Of a stretch of DNA of 64,000 nucleotides, positions 50,772 through 63,700 are shown piece by piece. The translations under genes and the position numbers were made by a program. Source of the stretch: Marsupella aquatica (lineage: Eukaryota > Plantae > Marchantiophyta); assembly GCA_973895155.1 (NCBI GenBank), contig OZ316897.1, positions 6,686,470 through 6,750,469 of the forward strand, given 5' to 3'. A model generated the notes under the pieces. The model saw nothing but the letters and a program-made list of their open reading frames with translations, did not search any database and was not told the DNA's origin. How positions within the stretch are numbered: position 1 is the stretch's first letter; each line of letters begins with the position of its first letter.

Positions 50772-51834
50772 AAAAGGCGTAAGAGAAACAATCGTACTGA
50801 AATTGAATCAAAAACCGGCGGGATGCCATGATCGGCCGGGAGCACCTAACGAATCACTGTGTGAATCCCGTGTATGGAACTGACGAGCACTGTCTGAGCT
50901 TTGTCAACAGCGATTCAAGAAGAACTGAAAACCGACAAAGAAAGACATGCCCTAAGTAGATCAAGTCAAGGCGTCACACTAACAAACACGTTTTGCTTCA
51001 AGAACGGCCCAGACTTGCTACAAGAACATGACACGAACTCAAGTAGTACACTAGCCCTAACTACATACCTAGCGGGCATGCGAGGGACATGCCGATGTGC
51101 ACAAGCGGCACTGTCCCTTGGCATGACAAAGACCCCTTGGAAGACATTCGCTTGATAGCTAGGTGAGTATTCCCAAACCCCTCAGTTGAGACAAGTGGGT
51201 GATCTCTCAGGGATAGCGGATACTTTGAAAAATTGAAGACTAAGGCTAGCTATAAGGGTGAACAGGACAGTGCCCAGCAGACCTTCAGCAAAAATACTCA
51301 CATGCTGCCATTTTACTCAAATTGTCACAGAGAATATTCATAATTGGTCTATCCTGGGTCTATCCATCGTCCATCAGAAACTATAATACAGAGTTTCACC
51401 ACTTTTTGAAGTGGTAGTCATTCAAATTTGGAGAGGCTTTTTAAGTGAAAGAAAAGGGAACTGTAAAAAGAGAAAGGAATAGAAAAGAATTATGTTTTGT
51501 GTGAACACTCTTTTCCAAGCAAGAAAAGTACAAAGGCTTCCCCTTTACCATCCATGCTACCCCATGCTCCTCCCTCTACCATCCATGCCATACTATGCCC
51601 CATGCCATATCATCCATGCAAAGGAAGTGTTGCATGTATCATGAGAGGAGTTTAATGACAAATATTTTACATAATCAAGAAAATAGTGCACAATTTAATC
51701 AATGAGACAAAGAGAAGACAAGAAAAATAGTGAAAAATAAGGAAGGTTTTAAAAGATATAAATTACAAAAATAATTTTTAAAATAATTCTCATTTTGTTG
51801 TACTTTGGTGGTGGTTTTTGCCTCTCTTTGTGTC

Positions 51835-52330
51835 ATGACATCTTTCACTCGACAATTTTTTTTACGCAATGAGATCTTTCTAACAAAGATATATTTTTCA
51901 CCATGATATTTTTCAACTACATCTTTAGCACAACGTCATCTATTACGCATTGATGTCTTTGGCCGAACGATATCTTTTTTACTACATCTTTTGCGCAACG
52001 ACATCTTTCAAGCAACCACATATTTTACTTAATGATATCTTTTATTTAACAATATTGTAAATGCAAGGACCTATTTATGCAACAACATCTTTTGTGCAAC
52101 TAAGACTTGATAACATATATGCTAACAACCATCACTTTAGTTATGGACCATTTTGTACTTAACAACAACTTTATACTTAACAACATCTTGGGCATAGTGA
52201 CATCTTTTGTCTCAATGACATTGCGACATGACATCTTGGGTGACATGACATCTTTTCTCTTAACGACATCTTGGGCGTCATGACATCTTTTCTCTTAACG
52301 ACATCTTGGGCGTCACGACATCTTTTGTGC
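51835..52330. repeat. Degenerate array of (AC)GACATCTT(TT) motifs, probably DNA-transposon subterminal repeats
   Basis: Many GACATCTT/ACATCTTT copies at ~15-35 bp spacing. Confidence 0.6.
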
Positions 52331-53199
52331 AACGCACGGGTATTGAGCTCGTGGCAGCATCATATTCACATTACTTATCACCTCTCACATTTCAATTCAC
52401 CATGCCTGTTGTTCTTCCCTCTGGGAGCTATGTTTGGGGCCCTGTTTCTCTCTTAGACTACAGCTTATCACTCTCAAGAGCTTAGTTTATTGGTCAGTAA
52501 AGTTTCCAATTCAGGGCAAAGAGAGCTTTGAACCAGGGTTGGGTGGGTATAGGGTTTTCCCTATACAAGCCAGGTAAACATATTGGGGACACCTCTGACT
52601 GGCAAGGTATGGATGGTACTGGACTGGTCTATAGGCCGCCCCTGCCCCAACCAAATAATAATAATGATAATATCAAGGTATATTCAAAAACAAATTCTTG
52701 GATTTAGACCCGGTATAGGTAGTTTTGGGCGTGACATACTGGGGTAGCAATGGTATATTTGTTAAAGGTATTGTACATTGGGATATACTGCGGTAGTTAT
52801 GATATATAGGTAAAGTAATAGTACATTAGGATATACTGGGGTAGTTATGACATACGGGTAAAGTAATGGTACATTAGGATTCATAATAATAAATAATAAT
52901 ATTGGATCCAAGATTTGAGCACAAATTAACTCAAATATGTTACTACAAAAATGGAAGTTAAATTTGACTTGCACAATTTTTATATAGCAAATTTGATAAT
53001 ATTGCATATGCTTTGACTTTACTCCCTAAAACATCATCAAGACATATAAATGCTACAAGTAGGCCAAGGTGGTCAAGGCTCCTCCTCCAATAATCATGCA
53101 TGAACCAACTATCCTTGGCACCATCAATAAAATCACCTAGAACTGTAACCAAGAAGTCACCAATGATAGCATTGACCAACTCATCCTCTCCAGGATCAA

Positions 53200-53460
53200 T
53201 GATATCACCTTCCGTAGCAAATAAGCCACCAATATTAGCAGTTTGTCTCCAAAATTGTGTCTTTCTATAATCATCTGGCCAATTCTTGGAGATCATCACC
53301 AACATCTTAAAATTTTGCAATCCAAGTCTATGTGGACAAGGGTTTGTCAACACACCAGAAATCAAGATATGTGCTTGCATTCAATGTGGGCGCCAAGAAT
53401 GCCAAGGAATTATTTGAGAACTAGGTACACAAATAACAAATTTGTTTCATCTCTCACATT
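53200..53460 (-). pseudogene. hAT transposase C-terminal dimerisation-domain remnant
   Basis: ISGVLTNPCPHRLGLQNFKMLVMISKNWPDD resembles the ERxFSxAG...RxRL...NW pattern. Confidence 0.55.
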
Positions 53461-54854
53461 CCATTCGAGTGTAGTCTAATCAGAGCTATGGAGTTCTTGC
53501 CAAAATTGGCCATCTCAATGGAGAGAGAGTTATCAATCCAGAAAGACAGATAGACTGCCATAGATCAAGAGAATGTAAGCAGTTGCTGCTTCTATACACA
53601 TTCCAATTAAGCTAGCCTAGGGAGAGAGGCACCTCTCCTTCCCAAACTCTGACACCTATAATTTTTTGGTTTTTTTATGTACCTCTAAAACACTACCTGA
53701 ACTTATTCCTCCTACATACATGGGAGGTATAGGTATAAAACTAAGTACAGTCAACTATAGAGGTTAACTCAGTCTTGGGTTGAACTATTGTTAGTTTGTT
53801 AACTAGGGTTTGCTCTAACCCTAGTTGAAGAGATTGTTTCTTATCTTCTCTATGTTTTCACTGGTGTGAGCACACACTAAAGAGCTCAAGAGAGACCACT
53901 GATAGAGCACATAGCAAGAGATGAGAGCTTGAAGAGGAAGAGCTATTGTGATGCCTCTAAGTAGACACATATTGACCGCTAATAAAGCTTTGTCATTCCC
54001 ATGGACGACCTTGAGGTGAACCACGTAACCATTGAGTAAGTGTATGACAAGCGCATTTTCTTGATCAAATTTCTCCCCACATCAACCATGTCTATCTACA
54101 GGCTCCCAGGAAGAAACCACCAATGCAATATACACTTAAATCCATAGAATGCATTATGCTATAAGTGCACGGGATATCACTTATGAAATTCTCCATATGT
54201 GCATGCACTGCACTACCTAATAAGTGCATGGGAAATTGTTTATGGCCTCATTCACAATTTGAGGGCTTAAAAGAAGCATCATGCCCAAAAATGAACATTT
54301 CCAAGGAAACTTTTTCAAGAATTGGACTAGCAATTTTTTTAGTTTGATGTGATTGACATATTATGGTCTTATCATACTCAAAGTAAACCATATGATGTTT
54401 GAAGGCTCCTAGGTTCCCTAAATCCTCTTGCAGATATATTCCAATGCTTGTCACACAAAGAGTTACGCTACTTAACGTCCAGCAAGGACTTCAATTTGTT
54501 TTTTTCAATGACAATTTTTGAGGGCATGCATAGGACATGATGTCCTGTCAAAATGAAGCGTAAAAATCACAATTTTGACTGAGCCATATTTTGAATGGCC
54601 CTTACTGAGCTCAATTTCAATTGGATAAATGCATGAACCTACTTTATGTACTTGTTTGCTCCACTTATCAATAAACATTTATTATGTATTCATTGTCAAA
54701 ACTGATAAATGCATTCATTATACACTTCTAGATGGAAATGCACTTATATATATGTAGTTCAATGCAGATATTTTGTCATTTAGTGAGGGTCAACCAGCAC
54801 TTAAGCACACTGCATTTTTTTTACATTTACCAAGAAATCCCTGTAATATTCGAA

Positions 54855-55121
54855 GGGGGGTGAACTGAGTGTATATGTTTGGGTACCACGTGTAACCCTA
54901 GCCTAATATAAATACACCTATTTTCTAGAGATAATATTTCAAGAATATTCAATATTTTTAATATTTATTATCTATTTTACTTTATAAAAGATATATATTA
55001 AAGAGTATTCTATAAATGTGAGTTTATAATATCTTCTTTTGCCTTTTACTCTTTACAAACATTTAGCTAGTTTCTATCAAAAATTGCACCTGGTTCCTAC
55101 GGTTTTTGATAGTCGATCCCC
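54855..55121. mobile_element. AT-rich MITE, copy 1
   Basis: GGGGGGTGAACT...AGTCGATCCCC termini; homologous to 61305-61590. Confidence 0.7.
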
Positions 55122-56434
55122 AGAGGTAATATTATACAACTACATGGCCTGCGCTGCAGTCAACCATGGAACTGCACTTATTGATGTTGCACTTAGACAA
55201 AGTTACTCTACAACAAAGTCTATATGTACCATGCCAGGTGTAAGAGCCAACTTACATATGAGTGACCCGTAGTTTTCCAGCCTTCAACCTGACTTGTGGC
55301 AGCACAGAAGTGAGCAAGAGAAAGATGCCTGAACCCTGTGTGTGCCAAGCCTGATAGCAAAAAATGTGGAGTTCCAAGCCAGGGCAAGGGCCGGAATTCA
55401 AGTTTCTGGTCCTTGAGGTCCTGATGTCAAACTTCCTAATGAAACAAAGATTGTACCGTATAGTAAGTAAAAGGACAGAACTAGCCTTGTGCACTTGACA
55501 AATTGCGAGACAACAAATCTGCTTTTTCCCTATTGTTTCGCTAGTGTTGAGGGCTGCAAAGTTGAGGGCTAGCTGCTACCACAACTACATATATGCAAAC
55601 ATAGTTTTCCAAGTTAATGTCTTCCAAAATGTCACCACGTAACGTAAATTCCCTAGCACGTCATCAAAAACATTTACGTCTTCTGGAAAAACGTACATTT
55701 TACGTCGTATCTGATGAGGTAATGTTACGTCTTGTGTTAGGACGTAATGAAGATTAACGTCGTCCCAAACGAGGCGACTTAACATCTTTGTGGGGGTCGG
55801 CTAATGTAAGGTCCCCTGGACATTGCAAGATTGCACTACGTCCTAGTTTGTATTGTAATTAATGTTTCACTAGACATATTAACTAGCTTTGCTTTTGATG
55901 TCGTATTTGACACAACTCTAGGTCCATAAAGCGCGAAGAGAAGACATGCACACATTTTTCATGTTAACAAAAGCAGGTCTGCCAGTTACACAATGGCTAA
56001 CATGTTTGAGGGAGTTTGTGCCATTTTTCTGAGTAGTGATGGGAAGGTGGATACAATCTTTCACTAGTGTGTCCATACACTGGCCCTTGGTGGTGGCCTA
56101 TGGGAGAAACATTTGTCTACACAGACCACTCACATTGTTGCAACTGATTGGGACACAGTGGACCGTTACTTTGATTGGATGGATTTTCTCTTAGCATATC
56201 AGTTTCAGCATAGTCACATTGTAACATGGGATTGGATATTTGCATCAAGATTTGCATGCAAGAAAGAAAATGCAATAGTCGACGTCTTGCCATTCAAGTT
56301 GTACCCAGCTCAGCCATTCAGACAAACTAGCATTACTTCAAAAGAGGACTGTGAGCGCTTTAGGGATGTCATGATTGAGATTAAGGGGTACTAGGATGAG
56401 GTGCTATGTATACAGGAAAAGGGTGCTAGGAAGA

Positions 56435-59400
56435 TGTGACACCGCCGGTACGGCGGGTAATGAGTAATTCGATCTAACCGCGCTTAGCACGCGCGTTAGG
56501 GGTATCTTAGGCAGTTATTATTAGCATAACAACAATATTTAGGTAAGCATTATGAGTAGGAAATCATTAGTCAATAAGGGGAATTCATGTTTGGGCTGGC
56601 GTCGGGTCGCCATTCGCACGACCAGGTTGCGAGCGTGTAATGGGCCCTTTGTCCCTCTCTCTCGGGTCCGTATAACGAACTCCAGGAGGCGGCCACTGAC
56701 ACGAACTGACCTGGACTGGAGAAGGGCCGGTACACTGCGAGCGTGAAAGGCTTGACCTATAATCGACAAGGAGGCATCGGGCGATCGACGAGCTCTCAGG
56801 GTATAAAAGGGATTCGATCCTTTGCAGTGCACCATGCTCTCCAGTCCACGCGCCAGCTTCAATCCCAACTCTCTCGCTTTTCCTTAGTCAGCTGCTATCT
56901 TCCCTGAATGTCGCACACGATCCTTTCCAGTTTGGCCATACGATTCTGGACTCAGTTCCTGTCTATCGGAGGGCACTTGGCCGACTCATTGAAACACGTC
57001 AATCCGCGCCGATATGAGATCGAACGCGAATACGAGAGAGCCATCCGCCTAGCAGGCCGCCACCACTATCTCCTTAACTTTGAGTACCCGTCCCAGAGCG
57101 AGCTTTACCGACCCGAAGAGGTATTAGGGTACTTCTTCGACGGAGGTAAATACATCGGCTTCTGGGAGGCACTGCTTCGGCTTCCGAACGAGGTCTTCAA
57201 TATTCCGAGCACAATTGACTTACAGCGGCACCACTTCGACCACATCCCCGCTCAGGTCCGGGCTATCATCAACGGCGAATTCAACACTACCCGGTCGACA
57301 GGACCATCTTCACTTTCGTCGGAAAATCTCCACCGGCACTTGCAGAACTTCATGGCAACTCCACCCTCAACGACCAGTGCCAGCCAAACCGTGCCCATAC
57401 CCGCACCCGCACCTCCTCGGCCTCAGCCAAGCCGGTCCCCGCCACCGGTTCCACCACCTCTCTGAGTACGATCCGTGGTGAATGCGGTACATATTAGCTC
57501 CGAGGACGAGGAGACTCACCCTCCTCTGAATCGACGACCGCGGGGTATGAACAACCCCGCAGCACCCCAGCAAGCCCGAAGGGACAACACGGTAATGCTA
57601 GCGGCCTCGGCACCAATACTCACGGCAGTCGCGCTACCACCACCTGACCGAGAGGATGGAGAGATGTCCCCCTCTTCTAGTCACCCCGGGAATCAGCCTC
57701 GGGGTAAGAAGAGGAACAAGCCCGCAACCGTATCCGGGTTGCCTTTGGCCACGGTTGCAGTAGCCAAGCTGACCATGCATCGCATGGGGGACAACGTTCA
57801 CAAGAACATCCTCCACCCCAAGCATGCATGCTATCTTAAGACTCAAGGGTTTGAGCACCTTGCCTCTCTCCCTTGGAACGGAAGCAGGTATTACGGACAG
57901 GATATGGCGGAGTTCATTCAGAACTTCGACGAGGCCCGTCAACAAACCCGAGTGCACGGGAGAGTGATGTGTCTCGATGAGGCACGTCTGAGGATGATTT
58001 TTGGCCTACCCGAGGGAATAAACCGGGTAGAGTCGCGGGCTCCTGGGGGCAAGGGAGCTAAATACTAGTCATCTAGCTTCCCGACCGAAGGGGTAGTGGA
58101 CAATGGGTTCTTAATGAGGACGTGCCTCATCCCTAAGGTAGCAGAACGCCTAGAGTTTCAGCGGTATGCCCTCCACATGATGGAACCGAGAGGGGAAATA
58201 TCGGCCGCTTAGGTTATCCAGGTGGAGAACTATCGGCCCAGGAAGTGGGCATCCTTCTTCGTCAAGAAGTTCCACGAGGAGATGGAGCGGAGAAGGAAGA
58301 CTTTGTACCTTGGTGGGCGGGCGTACTTTGCTAGCCACGTCAAAATCATCCTCGAGTGGTACGCTCATTTTGACCGCCGGAGCCTCCCGCGTCTCAATGA
58401 GATCGAGCAGACCCCGCCAAAATGGGTGTTCCCAGCCCAGGTAAGGCGACCGCAGCCCGAGGCCTGAAGTCTGGCAGCTGCAAGTCCTGCTACCCCGGCC
58501 CCGCAACCCACCGCTGCCGCCCCGCCAGGCATACCCATCGACGTCATCGCGACCTTAGACGCAATCAATCGGGACAATGTCGTCGAAGCCGGGCCGAATG
58601 AAGCCATACCCAAAGCAGATACCACGGTGGTCGGGGAGATTCCGCCACCCCCCACGATGGAGCAGGAGAACCACCTACCTCTAGTAGAACCAGCCCCTTC
58701 GACCAACTTACCTCAAGGGCTGGATGTGACCACTCCTACTCCCGCGCGGGTTGGAGTCTGTCCGTGCCCGAATCCAGAGGGACATAGTCTAGACCATCCG
58801 GAACTCTTTGCGTCGGGCACTTTTCTGAACGGGTTGTTGGGAGATTTCTCGCAACAGATCTCTCGGGACACCGGGGAATACATGGCCCAAAGGGTGGCCT
58901 ACTTCTTCAACCAGGAGTTGGTTGCGGCAGTAAGGGTAGGACATGCGCAGGCAGAGACTGCGCAGAGAATAGAGCGATATCGGGTTGAGTCTGCCTACCT
59001 GAAGGACAAAGTGGCAACCCTGGAGGCTGAACTCCAACAACTTCGGCCTCAGGTAACGGCCACGGAGGACCAGGTCGCCAAGGCTAGAGCCCAAGCAACA
59101 TTGGCAGTACAGGCTGGGCTCGGAAAAGACGCCGAGATTTTGCGGCTCCGAACCAAGATTGACAGTTTGCAAGGGCAAGCCGTCAGTTGGCAAAAGGATC
59201 TGGAGGAAGCTGATTCCAGGTCTCAACGGGACACGGCCAAGATTGACGCCCTGAAGGCAAAGGTGGCACGACTTCAAGGAGAAGGCACTAAACAGGCCCA
59301 GTTGGTGGACAAGCTGACAAGCGACACCCAGCAACTGGAGGAGGCATACCAGGAGGCCGCGGAAGAGGTAGACGTGACGAAGTGGGAAAACGAATCTCTG

Positions 59401-60392
59401 TTGGACCAGGTCCAGCTACTCAAGCAGGATGCCGACAGACTCAGAAGCCAGCGGGATAGCCGCTCCCACTCAGGCGGTTCTGGCAAGCGTGCCAGACATT
59501 AGCGGCGGAGTAGGATTAGAGTAGAGTTAGGAATAGCTCAATTAGGCCATAGGGACAGCACCTGCCCTAGTTAGAGCAGCACTGCCATGCTATACAATTG
59601 GCATAGATTAGGATCTTCTAATAAGACAAGCCATTTTCCGGCCTGACAGCCAGCTTAGCTAGGACCTTAGTTAGCGAATCTTTGGGCGCGAGGGCACTCC
59701 GTTCCTCGGCCCTTAGTATTTAGTGCACCCCTCGGTAGAGGCAGGGGGTTTTTAGTCGCAGTGTTGGACATCCGCGGTATGTGTGGGGAGTCCCGACCTC
59801 TAGGAGTGAAAGAGTACCGAGGGGAGGGTGTGGGACTAAGCTCGCTGGGCGAGTGCGGAGCTGGGCTCCGTTGTAGTGTACACCCTTGGCCTTGGACCTG
59901 TTCATTCCGGAGCTTTCGGGTCAACTAAGTGTATGCATATGTCTCCTATGTAGTAAAATCCTTCCCCATTATTTCCTTCGTGTAAACCGAGATTGTATGC
60001 TTGTGTGTGTATGTATGTGTGAATCTCGTGTATAGGTGCCAACGCTTGGCCGAACGCACTACCCAAGTCGGGCACGGGATGTAGCTTGCGGGTAGTGGTT
60101 GCAAGCCCAGGTTGAGTACCTATATCATCAAATCCGGATCGAAGGCGGACAACACGAAGGCTTAGAAGCCCATAAGCCAGGGTCGATCCTGCTATCGACT
60201 AAGGTACGTTCCGGCGACGGAACACAAACCATACCTAGGAGGTCTCCGTATATGACAATAGGCGCACTTAGCGCTAGTTTACGTGAGTTTGGTGCATTCC
60301 GTGCATCCCTCCCTGCCCGAACCCTCATTTTGACAAAGGATATGCCTGTCTAAGCCGAAGCCCGGGTTAAGGCTTAGGCTGACAACGTGACA
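56435..60392 (+). mobile_element. 3958-bp solo-LTR-like insertion (TG...CA, 5-bp TSD GAAGA) with a TATA box and a long ORF
   Basis: TGTGAC...GTGACA termini; GAAGA at 56430-56434 and 60393-60397; TATAAAA at 56802; no internal long repeats seen. Confidence 0.8.
56908..59502 (+). pseudogene. ~864-codon retrotransposon accessory ORF (plant-transposon/PMD-like central domain, Pro-rich linkers, C-terminal coiled coil); four in-frame stops
   Basis: ORFs 56908, 57475, 58222 and 58627 are all in one frame, with stops at 57463, 58066, 58210 and 58465. Motif EFIQNF...VHGRVMCLDEARLRMIFGLPEG; heptad-rich C-terminus. Confidence 0.7.
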
Positions 60393-60756
60393 GAAGAAGA
60401 TGTTGTTCAGGAAGGCTTATGAAGAGAAGGATGTTGCTAAAAAGAGAGAATGGGATGAGTGGCATAAAATTATTTCCCCTCCAAAGTCTCCAGAGCGCTC
60501 AGCGATGAGCTAGGACGTAAAGTTCTTGCTGCATGTAGACATAGCTTTCTGCTTTTGAAGACCACTTTACACTATGGCACATGTATCAGTTTGTGTTTAA
60601 GTAAAGTGAAAATGCCTCGTGTATAACGTTGCTTCTATAATGTAAACTATTTGTGCATAGTCCTATACATTGCATAAATACAATAACATCATCTTGTAAG
60701 ATGTAAAGTATAGGGATCATGGTAATTAACGTCATTCCAAATGACGTCAAATATAA

Positions 60757-63700
60757 TTAACGTCCTCCAGTAAGACTTAAAATAAAATGAACGTTGTATA
60801 TGACGTTGTTCAATAATGCAATGTTGTCGGTGGGAACCCAAAATCCTGTACGCACAACGTAACTTGTAACTCTACTCATCATCTTCATCAAGAGGGATCT
60901 CATGAAGAGTTTTTGCCTACGAGGGAAGACTGGCACAATAACAGACCATGATGGTTGTGTTTCCATGGGTACCATGAAGCACTGATCCACCTAGCTTGGG
61001 AAAACTACCGTGTCACTATATTCTATCCCTGTTGGTGCCCTTTGTGTAGTGTTTACACGGTAAAATCCACACTCATCCTTAACCATTGTGGCTCTACTCG
61101 GAGGGGACATGATTGACTTGTACCATTTCACCTCCAAGACAATTGTGTTGAAAGAGCCAAAGTCCATCTCCAAAATATCCATAATGGTACCGCAGTATGG
61201 TATCTCATTTTCCCCCTCATATGTGGACATGAAGATAGAGTAATTGGATATCATTTTTTTTCATGTGATCAGTTCTCCAAGTTCTAAAGTGATGCCCTAA
61301 ACTTGGGGGGTTAACTAAGTGTATATTTTTGGGTACCACATGCGATCCTAACATAATATAAATAGACCTATTTTATAAAGAAAATATTTCAAGAATATTC
61401 TCCATTTTCAATATTAATAACCTATTTTACTTTATAAAAGGTATATATATATATTAGAGAATATTCTATAAACATGAGTTTATAATACCTTTGTTTCCCT
61501 CCTATGCTTTTTAAAAATTTAGTTAATTTATATCAAAATCCATATTTTGGATTGCACGTGGTCCCTAAGATTTTTGATAGTCAACCCCCCAGGCCTTGAA
61601 TCATACATGTGTGTGTGAGAGATGGTTGTAACAGATGGCCCCCTAATGATGTTTTGTATATCCTCCTCAATGGATGTCGGACCATGTGACCGCAAGTAAC
61701 GGTCCATGCGGTCTTATGCCCAAACACGCAATGAGTGCAGCTGTGATGTTTCCCGTGACAATGTCCATTGGTTATCAACCCATGCTCTATTCACATACCA
61801 ACATGCACACACCTTGTTAGGATTCATCATATCAACAATACATGAACAAGAATAGACTGAATATTCATGAATGGTTTAGGGATTTCATTCTTACTTGTAA
61901 GCCTCTCTCCAAGCAGACATCTCTAGCCAGTTCTCCAGTACATAATTGTGAATCTGTACCTGGAGGATGTCACCTTCAAGGGACCTTTTCTTTGCTGCCC
62001 TTAATAGTTTTACACCATCCCAACCTTCATCTTGTGCTTCCTTCCAAGCTGTGGGGGCCTCCTTGTCCAAGCTTGCAACTATGCCCCCAGAAAGGAATAG
62101 ACATTCATTATGCAAATATCCAAGGGTCATGCTTCCCTCTGGCCGTGCAGGTTGACGAACCCATGACTTCAACACTTTCATGTACCTCTCCACCCAATAC
62201 ATCCACCGAGCATGGACTGGCCCAGCTATGGCCACCTCATCCACCAGGTGACTCACCAAATGGGCCTACATGACAAATTTTTTTGGAGGCAACACTTTCT
62301 CCAAATCACACATCAAAAGTGTGGTTTTTTCTTGCATGGGTTCAATGTCACTCACTTTAATTTCCTTACTGCACACCCATCTGCATGTTTAGGACCCACA
62401 AATCAGTACGTCAGTACTTCTAAAACAACAAAAAAGTGTGGCCCACCAAAAGTACCACATGAAATAACAAGCCTCCATACCTAAACAACCCACACAGGTC
62501 ATAAAGAGCCTGGCGTACTCCCCTCCGCAATCCTTCATCATCACAACAACGTAATACCACAGGCAACACATGTTGCATGAAACTTGTGGTAATCATGGGA
62601 TTTTAACCCAATAGGAGGCGTACTATCATCACGCGTTGTACACCCCCAAATCCGGCCCCATAATGACTTGGGAATTTCATCCCACAAATCATTCCATTCA
62701 TTCTCCTCAATAGTGGTCTAGACAAAGACCATGGGGCACCCGACACTACATCATCACGGGATGTCCAACCCCGTGTCCAACACCCCTTGACCGTTCCAAC
62801 ATCTTTTACATCTTCACGTATGGCCCCCGACTCTTTGTTGCCATTCAAATGTGACACAATGTTCTTGGTCACATTCACCTCAACGTACATAGGGTCTATC
62901 AACCACCTTATTAATAGCATTTGCATTCTCAGACCACATCACAACAGAATCAATGTTGATACTTCCAATTTAAACTTGTCATGATAGCATATGACCCGCA
63001 ATAAACAATGACTATAAAGAGAGATACAAAACCACTCTTACCCTCCAATAAGGTAAATCCCATAGGCAGCTCCGGGAATTCACCCCAGTTTCTTTGGGTG
63101 TCTTCAAACCCTCCTTTACCAATGATGCTAATTGAAGTTGAGCTTTTGCTGAGGGTCCAGAAGGACATTGCCGCAACTCCACATTTCTCCAATGCCTTGT
63201 GTTATGCCGCAAAGGATGATCTAAGGGTAGGTGACGACTTGCTCCCTCATATGTGGTCTTCCGGATTTTGCGTGAGTACCTCCCCCGTAGATTTGGCCTG
63301 CAAGATGGACAGGCAGTACTGTAGCCAGCGACCTTCAGACCAGAAATGGTGTTCATACCTTTAAGACATACCACCTCAAAATGGAACATTATACTTGCGG
63401 ATCATTTAACGTAGCCATTTTGATGTTAATGACACATTACGTCATTCTGAAAGACGTTAAGGTTACCCGAACGTCGTACCTTACGACATTTCCCTCCTAT
63501 TAACTAAAGTTTACATCATGGCAGGCGATGTATAAACTAGGTACGTCCTTCATGACAACGCTAAAAAGGAAACATGGACATTTTTAACCGAACAATTCAT
63601 GTCATGAATACCTAGTGTATAGGGGCATACCTGGTCCATCGGTTGTGCAGTGAGTGAGCATAGCCCTCATTTGGAATGGTTGAGGGCCTTCAAGAACATT

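Larger units (their letters stand above)
41103..51128 (-). mobile_element. Full-length Ty3/Gypsy-type retrotransposon (element 2) with split direct repeats, DNA methyltransferase and PHD finger; 4-bp TSD AAGA
   Basis: On the sense strand: A1 51128-50770, internal region, B1 41831-41649, GC 41648-41647, A2 41646-41288, B2 41284-41103. Termini TGTCA...CGACA. AAGA at 41099-41102 and 51129-51132. A1 and A2 are both 359 bp with about 9 substitutions. Confidence 0.96.
55993..60513 (+). pseudogene. BRCT-domain gene (55993-56434 joined to 60398-60513), split by the 4-kb insertion; in-frame stops
   Basis: MFEGVCAIFL...LGGG...TTHIVA...HIVTWDWIFAS BRCT signature. Removing the insert and one GAAGA copy restores the frame (GARKKMLFRKAYEE...AMS*). 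Confidence 0.65.

Noticed and set aside
49473-50845. Many ORFs in the leader of element 2
   Set aside because: GC-rich low-complexity leader with overlapping frames on both strands and no domain evidence.
40497-51365. An older LTR into which element 2 inserted
   Set aside because: The flanks look LTR-like, but no matching termini or TSD could be fixed.
51835-52330. CRISPR-like repeat/spacer array
   Set aside because: Repeats are short and degenerate with irregular spacing, there are no cas genes, and the context is eukaryotic.
55575-55840. CACTA terminal inverted repeat
   Set aside because: No exact CACTA lies outside the ACGT-rich repeats (the one at 55834 is internal), and the other end is outside the window.
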